NCBI GenBank assembly: GCA_951406725.2
Contig: OX597817.1
Span: 18,352,001-18,416,000, forward strand
Source: Octopus vulgaris
Taxonomy: Eukaryota
DNA length: 64,000 nt
Direction: 5' to 3'
Numbering within the stretch: position 1 is the stretch's first letter; the number at the start of each line of letters is the position of its first letter. The notes beneath the pieces are model-generated. The model did not search any database, had not been told where the DNA came from, and saw only the letters and a program-made list of their open reading frames with translations. Below, in pieces: positions 27,336-42,705 of this stretch. The translations under genes and the position numbers were made by a program.

Positions 27336-28574
27336 ATAGTAATTAGTTCAGGCTTTCCCTATGTCGTGCATTAAGCAAAAAATGCATACAATTAAAAATC
27401 CCTTTTTTTGCCTTCAGTACGTTCCCCTTTGATAAAGTATTCATTATTTAGCATAGATTTCTCAGATTTATTGTCTGTAAATCTCAATAATTAATTTTTC
27501 TTTTCTCGTTAAAGCAATACCAGCAATCGCAGATGAGAAGACGCATAAACTATTTCGTTATTTCCATAATGATGTCAGGAGAAATAAATAATACGTTTTT
27601 TTTACTTGTCACCATACTCTATAAATACTTTAACATCTATTTAAAAATGTAAAATAGAGAAACAAAGAATAGATTATTAACAAGTTATCATTAATGATTT
27701 CTTTCGATAGTAGCCATTAAAAAATATAACTCTTAATTTTATTTGTTTTTATTATTACAGCAATAAAATAAAATAGAAAAAAATTAAATTAATCCCATTA
27801 ATTAAAAATCTTCAATCACTTATTTTGTTTTAAACATTAAGAAAAGGCTATATCGACGTCGTTGAATTCTTTTTTAATTTCTAAGATTTAATTTTTCATT
27901 ATAAAATCGTTGTTAATTTTATCTGTTACAGCTCAATTGCGAATGAATTTTTCAATTTTTCATTGTCTCACTGCCAATAGACAGACAAGCAGCAGCAGCA
28001 GCAGTAGCTGTTGTTGTTGCTGTTGTTGTTCTTGTTGCAATAAGAACAACAACAACAACAATAACAATAACAAAACAGAAAACAAAACAACAACAACAAG
28101 GACGCCGACAACGACGAAAACGAAAGTAGAAAAAAAAATGGCCGATAAATTACGAGATATTTAACGAGAGAGAAAGAGGCAACGAGGGGATGGAGATATA
28201 GAAATGGATGGATAGGGTGATTGCAAAGATAGCAAGATATATTTTATACACTTCATCTGCGAGCTTCATTCATAAATCGTTTCTCATCGACTCTAACCGT
28301 TACAGTTATTATTAAGTGTGCTGTACGATTTACCGATTCGTCGTCGTCTCACTATAAACTTGATAAACATAAATTATCATTTTTATCTCACTTTCTCTAA
28401 TGTCATTGCACATCTGAATGACACTAACCGCACATACAACAGCAACAGACATAATCCAGCGGAAGGAGCATCGATGTGATAACGCGATCTGCTAGAAATA
28501 GCAGCTACATCTCTCTCTCTCTCTCTCTCGCAAATCCCAAACGTCCTTAAAAAAGACATGCTGGATAATGTAGC

Positions 28575-28835
<261 letters not shown>

Positions 28836-29836
28836 TGCCGCTACTGTTATTGTCACTCTTTGAGATGTTGCTGTTGCTGCTGATCTGTTGGTGGAAACAA
28901 AGACATACATGCTGTATAGATATCAACTATAGCCACAACAGCAACAACAACAACACCATCAGTTACAAACAGAGGAGAAGTAACAGGAAAAATATACTTA
29001 ATAAGCAAATACAGGGATAAATACTAAAACGTTATCTGTTACAGAATAAGAGTACGAAAGAAAACTAGACGTAACATCAGAAAAATTACACAAATTGGGA
29101 ATTAAATATATAAATATTATTTAACAGAGAACAGAAACCCGCCGGAAGTTGGTCTTCCTGCTAGTTAATTTAATAAATATCAATGTACAACACACTGTGT
29201 AATAGAAAATACACGTTATACAAATTGGTCCAGCCATTATATTTAAGCCATTACATCTAATTTCTGTTTTGTGTTCGATTTAAATAGCGATTTCTATAAG
29301 TTCCTTCGTGGGAGAGAAGATACCTTTCACAACTCTGCTGAGTAGTGAAAGGTCCATGAAACATACCGAAATAATCTTGATAGTATTTTTCTGTGTACGA
29401 AGAATATAACGGTGTACTCTTACTCTTTTACTCTTTTATGATCAAACCGTATCGACACAGCTGCTAAACCTACAATAGTAGTTAAAAGTAGGTCGTCTTA
29501 AAAAGGAATGGATTATAGTGATATATAGAAAAGAGAAGGAAAGTTTATTTTGGAAATATTAGACGCATCGTAAAATCCTAATGTAGTGTATTATCCCTGT
29601 GGAATTTTATCGTTTGCTGAGTTCTACTTGAAAAAGAATTAAGTGAGGTATAATAGATATTAGTGTTATATCAAGTGTTACCAGAATGCTTCTACGTATA
29701 CTGGTAGATTACGAATGCCATAAGAAATAACACCTGCAAATGTCATAAATTATGCAAAAGAAGATTAAGACTTGATTCTCCTATCCGGAAGTAGGTCATT
29801 TTTAAAAGCCAGTAATATTTTGAATAACACCAAGAG

Positions 29837-29985
<149 letters not shown>

Positions 29986-30814
29986 ATAATCTTGGAGTAC
30001 AGAAGATTGACATATCATTTCGTTCCGTATTCTATAAGTATTATAAATCTTTCTATATACACATTTATTTGGTATTTCTCCCTTTTCTTGGAAGACACGG
30101 GCAATTAGGAACAGTATTCTATTGATTCTTAATGTAAATAAGACCAAAGTCATCATCTACTATGGTATTGACTTATATTCATAATTCCCTCGTCATTTGT
30201 AAATGTATATTATATACGAGAATATTATACATGCATATTAAATACAACACGTAAAAGTGCAAACATATTCACCATATATATATATATATATATATAAAAC
30301 TGATGTAGTACTTACAAGGTTTAATAAAATGAAGTAGCATGAAGCAATTGTACTACTCTACCTTGGATATCCTTGTTGCTTATTTTGATTATAATCACCC
30401 CATTTGATTTATATGGATAATACCATACAAAATTCTGGTCCCTTTAACTTAAGTACCATATTCATCTGAATCTAAATATATATACATGTATGTATGTATG
30501 TATGTATGTATGTATGTATGTATGTATGTATGTATGTATGTATGTATGTATGTATGTATGTATGTATGTATAGAGTGTTAGGTGTGATGTACAGGAATTG
30601 AATATTGAGAAAAAATTCGTCAGAATTTTCAAAAAAAAATTTCTTCATTATTTTTAGCGCTTTTGTTCTTTTCTCGAACTAGTCAAATAAAATTTTGTTC
30701 ATTTATATAAAACATGTTTTTTTGGGGGTTTTGTTTAGAACATTGTTTTTTGGGGGGTGAGGCTCCATGACAATGGAGATGGATAGATAAAAAATATAGG
30801 TAGGTAGATAGGCT

Positions 30815-30861
<47 letters not shown>

Positions 30862-30939
30862 TGATACACGGATAGATATTTTGCTAATTAGACAGTTCAA
30901 TGCCTCATACATATATGTATACATGTATGTTATATAGCT

Positions 30940-31810
30940 TTATTCCTAGATTTCTTGCCAATGGGGAACGAAACTATTTCTAATCTAGATCGAAGGCTCC
31001 TTTAGAAGTTCAATAGTAACAGGATAGTTGTGCATGCATGTGTGTACATATGTAAGTGTTTGGAGTCAGTGGATGTTTAGAGCTATATTTTGTTTTGTTT
31101 TATGCATGTACACTCATATATATAGCTGCACGTCTAGACATGTGAATGTATTCTTATAGACTAAAGGTTTGGAAAGTTTTACAAATTTTAACAGTTCCAT
31201 TGATGGATTTTAACTATAATCTTCTAACTACCTTTCTCCCTACAGTTTTGAGAACCCCACTTTTTCAAAATTGGTGCTGAAGTGGTTTGTTACATGTTCT
31301 GGTGCCCAAATAATTAAGGGTATAAGTCTGAACTTGTAATCCTGTTAACTGCTGAATAGTTTGACGTAGGTGTTATCTTTTTTGATGATCTTTAGCAGTA
31401 TTTTGACAATAGCTAGGCAACTGATCTCCACTAAAGTGCATAGTTCCACTCCTGTCCCAAATCATTGTCTGGTCTATTATGCTTGCATTTCATTGATGTT
31501 TTCAAAGGGAAATTTCACTACTACTCTCTCTTAATATGAGTGGTTACGGTCTCTACTACACTCCAGGCGTTTATATCTTTAGTCTCGGGTTTGATCTCCC
31601 AACCTATCCCATTATACATTGTCTTGACCAAAACATCATGTCTGTCTGTCAGATAATAACGCGAGAATATTTTCACACAACTGCTTTGATGTTGATATCT
31701 TCAGTGATAACTTCTCAAAGTCTGCATCGGTTATGACGTTTCCTTGTTTTTCCTGCATCCCTGTCCTTTTGTACATCAGGGCATTGGTAATCGATAAAAT
31801 AAGCACTTGG
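30940..31810 (-). mobile_element. Decayed R4/Dong-like (REL endonuclease) LINE 3' fragment
   Basis: Minus-strand peptides NRCRL*EVITEDI (zinc finger relic), KCKHNRPD, CTLVEISC, DYKFRLIPLII and GTVKICKTF, with frameshifts. Confidence 0.8.
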
Positions 31811-31979
31811 CATGAATTAGTGACCGGTTAATCTACCATATTTCTATCATGAAAAAATCTGACCGTGACGATGTAAGTGAAATGTATGTATTTCTTTCCT
31901 CTATTCTCAAACTTTTCCGTATGTTTTCTTTTTATTTAGGTTCTGAGTCTGGAAGAAGGATCAGTATCAATGACCATTG

Positions 31980-32370
31980 TAGGCCTGCCAAGACCAGGGA
32001 GCTTAATGCTATGAATGTTCTCTTTAGGCCGTTGCAGGTCAACACCAGCAGGAGAGAGATAAGGAATTAGGTGAATATTTCAGACAGGACACGTTTTGAG
32101 AAGTAAGGACTGAACACATTGTTTTGTATGGACCAGGTTTGGATCGATGGAAAAAGGTCGATGAGAAGTGGATAGACGAATGAGTAGGACTGCCTGAATG
32201 ACGAAGGTACGTGACAAGCTAGTTCTGAGGAGCAGAAGCCATTATAGTCGCTAAAGAAATGACAGAATGACAAAGAGCTAGCATCAGGCCTGTGGATCAG
32301 AGACTAGAGTGTTCCTGTTAGTGACTTGATACCAAGCAGCCGAGTGGGCCTTCGCAGGATGTGATTCAGG
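31980..32370 (-). mobile_element. CR1/Jockey-like LINE C-terminal fragment
   Basis: HRPDASSLSFCHFFSDYNGFCSSELACHVP resembles HRRxVxSLxxFYxYYxGxCSxEL; followed by DLQRPKENI. Confidence 0.65.
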
Positions 32371-32409
32371 ATGTCTGTGTGCGTAGTAGCAGCCCTGGGT
32401 ATTACTCTA

Positions 32410-32616
32410 GCACACCGGGCAAAATGCTTTGCGGCATTTCGTCTGCCGCTACGTTCTGAGTTCAAATTCCGCCGAGGTCGACTTTACCTTTCATCCTTTC
32501 GGGGTCGATTAAATAAGTACCAGTTACGCCCTGGGGTCAATATAATCGACTTAATCCGTTTGTCTGTCCTTGTTTGTCCCCTCTGTGTGTAGCCCTTTGT
32601 GGGCAATAAAGAAATA
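32410..32616 (+). mobile_element. SINE, family B, 5'-truncated
   Basis: 12-bp TSD ggtattactcta at 32398-32409 and 32617-32628. Confidence 0.92.
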
Positions 32617-33248
32617 GGTATTACTCTACTGTGGTAGAGTAATATTGCTCGACTGATTTAAAAAGCGCTTTGACGTATACCATCTCGAATAAGCCCTTTC
32701 TTTGTATTATTGAAGTTTAACACTAATATTCTAATTCTAGGTTAAACATTCGCACACACATTAATGTATAGTATACTAAGTGTTTATTGGAGGCATTTAT
32801 ATACTTTTCCACAACATATGTAATACTATTCTCTAGGTTGCTAACAGTCAGGCGTCCATTTCATCCAAATCTAACAAGAAATTCGTTTATTATTCATTGT
32901 GAGCCGCTCAGCTTAACGGTAGCCATTGTTATTCATTCACGAAATTTAATGACTAAACAGATTTCATTTTAAATTATATTTTAATAGTTATTCCCACACA
33001 TATCATGGGTGATTAAGATTCGTCAGACTGAAATAAGAGTATAGTACAAATACTCAATAACATGAAACGCAAGGACATAACGTCCATCTGATTTATAGTT
33101 GTATATAGCTGCCTCTAAATGATAGTATTTACATATAACACCCACCTGATTATAAACATGCCTCTAAGAGCGTTGTATCGTATATAGAGAGGTAGAGACC
33201 ACACCGTAAAGAAATCTGAGACAAAAGTAGACTCTGTATACAGACCCT

Positions 33249-33647
33249 ACATTATTTACATTATTTACACTTGACCGATATTTGTCCTCATCTTGTTTGA
33301 TGTTAACACAACGTTTCGGCTGATATACTCTCCAGCCTTCCTCAGGTGTCTTAGGGAAATTTCGAACCTGGGTTCTCATTCCTAAGGTATTTTTCGATGT
33401 TATTATTATTATTATTGTTGTTGTTGTTGTTGTTGTTGCCTTTGCACAGCTTCTAACGCTGGAGATGTACTACAGTGTCAGCTGTACACTACCAGTGAAC
33501 TAAGGTAGCACCTCTTATTTTTCGAGCACCTTCCGGAGTATTCGAGCGGTTCCAAGTTGAGGTGTCATCCAGCGAAGGACAAATATCCGTCAAATGTAAA
33601 TAATATAAATAATGTACATAATTCCTCATCTCTTAAATATAGAACTG
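33249..33647 (-). mobile_element. Composite: hammerhead-bearing tail + (AAT/AAC)n + R4/Dong-like 3' end + inverted tail piece
   Basis: 33249-33400 is the reverse complement of 53722-53870. 33556-33515 encodes LGTARILRKVLEK*. 33577-33647 matches 53835-53907 in plus orientation. Confidence 0.75.
33305..33350 (-). ncRNA. Minimal type I hammerhead ribozyme motif
   Basis: GACAC-CUGAGGA-A-GGCUG GAGAGUAUAU CAGCC-GAAACGUU-GUGUU. Confidence 0.75.
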
Positions 33648-34239
33648 TATATACAGATCCTGTCTTAAAATATTTACTTCATCAAATTAGCTAAAACATT
33701 ATAATATGCATAAACTAGCCAGATAGCATTTAAAATCGAAGTAGCTTTCGAGGTCTAAGGTGAGCCAAGATAATACACTTTGTTTTGATTTAGCAGATTA
33801 GCTAAACCTGCAAGCTTGATTAAGCTGTAAGCTTGATTCAGCGATATTTTGTTTATTTTAGTTTTGAATTATAATACTTTTAATTAAAAGATGCCTAAAA
33901 AATAAAGTTGTCATAGCCGGGAATACGAATGCCATTTATAGTAGGTAAACCTTTATCAAAGCGAAGGTCTTATTTGAGTCATCCCACACATCAAATAATC
34001 TGTATTAATTTTTAAATTAATGAAAAGATATTAAGTACAAAATCAGTGTTAAATAGTCTATTTTCTACGACACCGTTACCTCAATTAGACTTAAAAGGAA
34101 AGGAAATATCTTATTTGCTCTAAAGTTAGAATGTATCTCACCATTTGTAATTCTCGATTACTGACGTCATGTATGAGAACAAGAGTAAAAGTGGAGGTGA
34201 AATAAAACTTTTATGTCCTTCTCAAAGTTATGATAAGAT

Positions 34240-34372
34240 ATTGGTTTCACATTTTGGCACAAGGCTAACAATTTTGAGGGAGGGTTAAGTCAATTACATC
34301 GGCCCTAGTATTTAACTGGTACTTATTTTATCGCTCCGAAAAGATGAAAGGCAAAATCGACCCCGGCGGAAT
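34240..34372 (-). mobile_element. Old family B-like SINE fragment
   Basis: aactggtacttattttatcg...gatgaaaggcaaaatcgaccccggcggaatt. Confidence 0.75.
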
Positions 34373-35050
34373 TAAGAAGGTAGTGTACATTCTTTATATA
34401 TATATATACATATATATTATATATATATATAAATTAGAAAAAAAAAAACACCTTTTATCAATTCAAAAATGAAAAATTAAATTTTACCATTTAGAAAAAT
34501 TACATATTATAGAAAGATTAAGTATAGGATAAAACATATAACAATGATTAAGTAATTTTGTAAGTTTGGAATAATATTCCCTCATATTATATATATATAT
34601 ATATAGGATAAAACATATAACAATGATTAAGTAATTTTGTAAGTTTGGAATAATATTCACCATATTATACGCTGCAATTGTATATATATATATATATATA
34701 TCCATGCATACACATCAACCTATACTTGCATACACATAATTATTTCTAAAGACAAGAATGAAAGAAAGTAAATTAAAAAGTAAAAGTAAAAAATACATGG
34801 ATATATCTATTTGTATATGCACCTGTATAATATACATACCACTTACATTTACCTCGCTTATAAAATACAGCGAGATAATAGAATATGATTCAGCTGAATA
34901 GAATTGAACAAAAAATAATATATATACATATAATTAAAAAAAAATGAATCCCCATATGTCTATTTTCTCATATAACAAACGTTCTAGGCTTTAGCCCTAC
35001 ACTTACACTGTATAAAGCAAAGGATATAGTTTGATATACAATTTGAAACA

Positions 35051-35325
35051 CATACATACATGCATACATACATACATACATACATACATACATACGTACA
35101 TACACACATACATACATACATACATACATACATACATACATACGTACATACACACATACATACATGCATACATACATACATACATACATACATACATACA
35201 TACATACATACATACATACATACATACATACATACATACGTACATACATACATACATACATGCATACATGCATACATACATACATACATACATACGTATA
35301 TACATACGTACATACATACATACAT
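35051..35325. repeat. (CATA)n microsatellite
   Basis: Directly visible. Confidence 0.97.
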
Positions 35326-35522
35326 ATCATAGTCGCCACGATAGATCGGTAGCCACTACACACATTTTTTTCTCTCCTTGTTTCTCTCCTTGTTTCTTTC
35401 TGTGGAAGAGCGTAGGCTCGAAACGTAAAAGACTTTTTGAATTCCCGACCGTTATACTAATACATCTATTTGTTTTCTACACCACCTGTCTTCGTCTTAT
35501 GTTTTTTTCGTGAATTCTCCCC
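35325..35522 (+). mobile_element. Penelope-like terminal fragment with hammerhead-like motif (35395-35432)
   Basis: UCUUU-CUGUGGA-A-GAGC GUAG GCUC-GAAACGUA-AAAGA; flanked by (CATA)n on both sides; related to 18071-18301. Confidence 0.68.
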
Positions 35523-35882
35523 ATACATACATACATACATATATAGCGTAAGTACGGACAAAGAGCCGCTGTGTATTTTGTCCGGCGTGCTAATGATTCT
35601 GCCAGCTTGCCGCGCTAAAGATATGATAAAATATTAACAAACGGGAATAAAAACGGATTCGAGATCTTGACACATTTTTTAGTTCGTGAGGACATCACTA
35701 ACCGTCATTCCCAGGAAAAAGTAACTGATGATAATCTATTTAATTGATGGAGTTTATTATGAGTTCTGACGAGAAAATTAATCTGATATTTTTTCTCATA
35801 AACAACCATGTTTCAATTGTTTCGCTTTCCACATTCTTAAAGGGAGTATTTGCTCTGCAGGACTGTGCTATATAGTAATATT

Positions 35883-36111
35883 ACTTCTTTACTGCCCACA
35901 AGGGGCTAAACACAGAGAGGACAAACAAGGACAGACAAAGCGATTAAGTCGATTCCATCGACCCCAGTGCTTAACTGGTACTTAATTTATCGACCCCGAA
36001 AGGATGAAAGGCAAAGTCAACCTCGGCGGAATTTGAACTCAGAACGTAACGGCAGACGAAATACGGCTACGCATTTCACCCGGCGTGCTACCGTTTCTGC
36101 CAGCTCGCCGC
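35883..36111 (-). mobile_element. SINE, family B
   Basis: 15-bp TSD ctatatagtaatatt at 35868-35882 and 36112-36126. Confidence 0.93.
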
Positions 36112-37189
36112 CTATATAGTAATATTGTCTGAACTTTGCCTGAAATGAAATTCCTTAAGTCCAGTCCGGTTTCGAGGGAGAACTCATAAATCTGCGCCTA
36201 CCAAAGGACAGGAAATAAGAACATGCTCTGTCTTATAAGACAGAAAAGATAACCTTCTCTTTGGGATGAAATAGAGTATTTTGAAAAATATATCTTCGAA
36301 TGCTTGCAGAAAGTGAAAATCTACCATCGACCTCCTTGTAATCGTTTTTAATAGCATAATCTTCAACACAAAGAAATTAAAGATCATTATTATATGTTAT
36401 TGTATTTATTCTCTATTTGGATCAAGTATTCATTCTGGCTTACTACAGTAGATTCACTCCCAGTCAACCGAAGAATCTAGTAGTGTTTTATCAAAGCAAA
36501 GAACAAAACGCCTGCAAAAATTCAATAAAATCATCGGATGCGGTAACAAAATGACCAGCGCAACATACGCTCTGGAACTTAACAGAAGAAATTTTTTTTT
36601 ACCTTTTCTTCAAATATTGGGGAAAATCCGTCTTGCTTCATTTGTTACAAGGCTAAGTTACATCTATAATTGCATCAAGTTTCTCACATAAAAAGTATTA
36701 ATTACATCTGATTAAATAGTTGTTAGTGAGAAAACCAATTTAACAGAAGTCTTATATTGATCACTTATGACGTGATTCTTCCTTGGTTAAACTTCGGTGT
36801 CAGTGCTAGATGGAAGCTCTACTGATTGGTAAACTTAATCTACCGTTCACTACATCGGGCCTGGAAAGGCATTTAATTGAGTCTTACACTTTGCAAATAT
36901 TAGGACAAAGTCACCGATTTTAACAATGAATTATTGTTTATCCTTACGTTTCCCCGTCAATTATATCTTGAAGACCTTGTAACAAGGCTCATGGATGCTG
37001 ATCTTCATCCTCATAATATGTCATTAAAAAAATATGTTGGCAAAGCTGAACTGGTTAATGAATCGATCGTGTTAGATTAATTTATTTCTTTTGTGAACGT
37101 TTTCAGATGGTCTTCTTCTCAGTCTTATAATTCTATAAACTTTTTACGCTTTATCGATATAATTAGTTATGTTATCATAAATGTTGTTA

Positions 37190-37205
37190 TTATTTTTTGT
37201 TGTTG

Positions 37206-37301
<96 letters not shown>

Positions 37302-37324
37302 GTAGTTTTATTTTTATAGCGTGC

Positions 37325-37398
<74 letters not shown>

Positions 37399-37432
37399 TA
37401 GTTTTTTTTTATAGCGTGCTTTTTATTCTTCT

Positions 37433-37464
<32 letters not shown>

Positions 37465-37481
37465 TTCTTCTTCTTCTTCTT

Positions 37482-37546
<65 letters not shown>

Positions 37547-37571
37547 CTTTATTATTATCATTATTATTATA

Positions 37572-37637
<66 letters not shown>

Positions 37638-37688
37638 TGCTGTCGCTGTTATTGTTTTTCTTGTTGTAGTAGTTGCTGCTCTTCTTCA

Positions 37689-37719
<31 letters not shown>

Positions 37720-37843
37720 CTTCTTCTTCATCATCATCATCATCTTCTTCTTCTTCTTTTTCTTTTTCTTCTTCTTCTTCTTCTTCTTCTTCTTTGTCTT
37801 CTTCTTCTTCTTCTTCTTCTTCTTCTTCTTCTTCTTCTTCTTC
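37190..37843. repeat. Cluster of (TAT)n and (CTT)n tracts
   Basis: Directly visible; source of the 291-aa poly-L/I/S ORF. Confidence 0.95.
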
Positions 37844-38396
37844 TCCCTCCTATTTCTTATCAATATATTACACAGGTCATTTACAATTTTTTTTCTTCTC
37901 CTTCTTCTCCTTCCTTCCAATTCCTCTCTTCCACCTCCCGCAATTTCCTCTAACCAAGAGGTTAGCTATACTTTACTTTCGCATCTCATTTCTCCTACAT
38001 TTTTTTTTAGATATATATTATATTCTCTTCTTACCAAAACATCTCCCTCTTATTTACTATCTTTCACAACTCCACATTAACATCTGTTTCGGTCTAATTC
38101 TCCCTCTCTATGCACGTCTTCCTTTTCACATAATATCCTTCTCCAAACATTCTTCGTTTCTCTTTTGCTCATTAAGTCTTTCTTCTAAGCTTCTCTTTTC
38201 GTTTCCTCCTTTTATATTTATATTCATATTTCCGGATCACATTTTTCATTATTGGTTTTTATTATGTTTCTTTGTTTTGTTTCATATGTAGTTTTTTAAT
38301 ATTCTCATATTATCATTCCCGCCTTCTTTTTTTACTTCTTTTCTTCTCGACTTTGTTTATAGTTAAACACTTATAAAAAATACATACATACATAGA

Positions 38397-38450
<54 letters not shown>

Positions 38451-38617
38451 TACATACATACATATATATATGTATATAAACACACAGATGTATACATATG
38501 TATAAGCATATATATAAGCATATATATAAGTATATATATATATACGTACGTATATATGCATACATACACACATAAACACACACAAACACACACACACACG
38601 CATACACATATTTTCTA

Positions 38618-38820
38618 TGACTAGTTTCAGTCATTATACTGCAGCCATACTGGGGCACCACCTCGAAGAACTTTTAGTCAAATGATTCAGTCCCGTTACT
38701 TATTGTTTTGCTAAGCTTGCAATCTATTCTATCGCTCCCTTTTGCCAAACCGCTAAGTTACGGATACGTAAACCACCAACACTGGGTTGTCAATCGGTGG
38801 TGGGGTTCAAACACAGACAG
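38618..38820 (-). mobile_element. Old family A-like SINE, 3' half
   Basis: tttcagtcatt..ctgcagccatactggggcacc...ccgctaagttacgg. Confidence 0.7.
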
Positions 38821-38865
38821 AACTCACAGAATTCACCAATGCGGCGTTGAGCACTCAGCACTTAT

Positions 38866-38907
<42 letters not shown>

Positions 38908-38925
38908 GTATATACATACATTTTA

Positions 38926-38960
<35 letters not shown>

Positions 38961-38970
38961 GGTATATACA

Positions 38971-40176
<1,206 letters not shown>

Positions 40177-40359
40177 TATATATCGTCAAACTATTACATC
40201 ACTTGCGCACGTCCTCTTGTCTTGAAGTGTTTAGTGGAGCAATCGAAACCAGTTCTTTTTTTTTAAAGACGGACACAAAAACGCGCAGACACAGACAGAT
40301 ACACACACACACATACACACAGACACAGACACACACGCACACACGTACACGCACACACG

Positions 40360-40521
40360 TGTACGGCAGGATTCTTTCAATTTTCGTATATGAAATCCAC
40401 TCACAGAGTATTGATGGGCCTAGGGCTATAGTGGAAAACTGGTGAAGGTGCCACGCAGTGGGACTGATCTCGGAAGAATGTGAATGGAAAGCAAACTTCT
40501 TACACACAGCCACACAGCCAC
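40360..40521 (-). mobile_element. Old family A-like SINE, 5' half
   Basis: aaatccactcaca...aaggtgccacgcagtgggactga...cacacagcca. Confidence 0.75.
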
Positions 40522-40524
40522 ACG

Positions 40525-40569
<45 letters not shown>

Positions 40570-40776
40570 ACTAGCATACACACATATATATGCACGCATA
40601 TAATTAATATATATACACACATATATAATTATATATATATAGATAATGGTGTCATTGAGACCCAAAGGTGTCAGGTAATGTTGAATAAGTGCTATAGACA
40701 GACCATAGTTAATTTCCAGATTCGCAATATTACCGAATCTGGAACTTAACTATGGTAATCTTATATATATATATAT

Positions 40777-40985
40777 AACGGGAAGCTTTATGAAAATAAA
40801 CAAAAGACGAAGGCAGGTGGAGTTCAAACAAACAATTGTATTAGTATGGCGCTCAGGAATATAAATAAAACAAGTCTTTTACGTTTCGAGCCTACGCTCT
40901 TTGACAGAAAGATACACAGAAAAGAAACACGGAGATAAACAAGGAGAGAGAAAAAATGCGTGCAGAAGCTAGCGATTCAACATGG
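40777..40985 (-). mobile_element. Penelope-like terminal fragment between (TA)n tracts
   Basis: Near copy of 18071-18301; the hammerhead core has decayed to CUGUCAA (40875-40912). Confidence 0.7.
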
Positions 40986-40988
40986 CGA

Positions 40989-41051
<63 letters not shown>

Positions 41052-41136
41052 ATATTTCGGAATGGTCATATTGCCAGTTTAGCCACACGACTTCACATAA
41101 AAAATCTTGCACAACAAATATTTGAACGTATATATA

Positions 41137-41232
<96 letters not shown>

Positions 41233-41479
41233 GTGTGTGTGTGTGTATGTATGTGTGAGTGCGTGCGCGTGAATGTGTGTGTGTGTGTGTGTGTATGTGT
41301 GTGTGAGTGTATGTATGTGTGTGTGTGTGCTAAATTATTAAATATAATGACCGCAGCTTTACTACTGAAAACAAGCAAAAAAGTGTTGGAAGGGACTTCT
41401 GCGCACTCCGAAACTTGCACTTAAAATTGAGACGTTGTTTACTCACTAATTCCAAAAAGCCAGAATATACTTTGCAACA

Positions 41480-41835
41480 TGAGGACTGGCTGTGTGGTAA
41501 GTAACTGGCTTATGAACAACATGGTTCCGGGTTCACTCTCACTGCGTGGCAACTTGGGCAAGTGTCTTCTACTATAGCCTCGGGTCGACCAAAGACTTCT
41601 GAGTGAATTTAGTAGACGGGAACTAAAAGAAGCCCGACGTATATATGTATGTGTGTGTATGTGAATGTGTGTCTGTGTTTGTCACCCTAACATCGCTTGA
41701 CGACCGGCGCTGGTGTGTTTACGTCCCCGTAACTTAGCTGTTCGGTAACAACAACCGATAGAATAAGTACAAGGCTTACAAAGAATAAGTCCTGGGGTTA
41801 ATTTGCTCGACTGAAACAAGTAAAAGAGTAAAAAA
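41480..41835 (+). mobile_element. SINE, family A (internal deletion near tail)
   Basis: Matches family A. Confidence 0.88.
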
Positions 41836-41922
41836 GTACAGCCATGATTTCTTTCGTTTTTTATATAAATGAGATACTCTCGGATTTGAAGCGTTTATAT
41901 TAACAAGTATATTTACACGTAT

Positions 41923-41964
<42 letters not shown>

Positions 41965-42130
41965 ACACACACACGTCTTTTCACGCACATACACACACAT
42001 ACTCATTTATATATATATATATATATATTATACATACACACATACATATTTAATACATATATTATACATACTTCCACACCGTACTTTAGTGATGTATGTA
42101 TGTGTGTGTAAGATGCTATGTGCGGGTGCA

Positions 42131-42269
42131 CGCTTGACAACCGATGTTGGTGTGTTTACGTCCCCGAAAATTAGCGGTTCGGCAAAAGAGACTGATAGAA
42201 TAAGTAGCAGGCTTACAAAGAATAGGTCCTCGGTGCAGTCAAATGACTGAAACAAGTAAAAGAATAGAA

Positions 42270-42357
<88 letters not shown>

Positions 42358-42705
42358 GTGTATATAATTATATATATATACGCACATGTGTGTGTGTTTC
42401 TACATGGTCAGAAGTCTGCTTAGTTCCGGGTTGAGTCACATTGCTTGGCACTTTGGGCGAGTTTCTTCTATTATAACCCCGACCGGAGCATTATAAATGA
42501 ATCTGGTAGATGGAAACTAAAAGAAACCCGACATATACATGTGTGTGTATATGTATGTGTGTGTATATACACACATGTTTGTGTTCTATATATCTTCTGT
42601 GCACGTGTGTGTATCAGTGTCTTTGTGCTTGCATTTGTCCTCCGCCACAATTTGACTACCGCTGTTCTTTTGTTTACGTCCCCATAACGTAGCCGTTCAG
42701 CAAAA
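42131..42705 (+). mobile_element. Two family A SINE fragments (42131-42265, 42410-42705)
   Basis: Partial or degenerate matches separated by (TA)n. Confidence 0.7.

Noticed and set aside
35764-35810. CUGACGA followed by a hairpin
   Set aside because: Lacks the GAAA and UH elements.
37416-38291. 291-aa ORF, longest in the track
   Set aside because: Microsatellites plus pyrimidine-rich low-complexity sequence.
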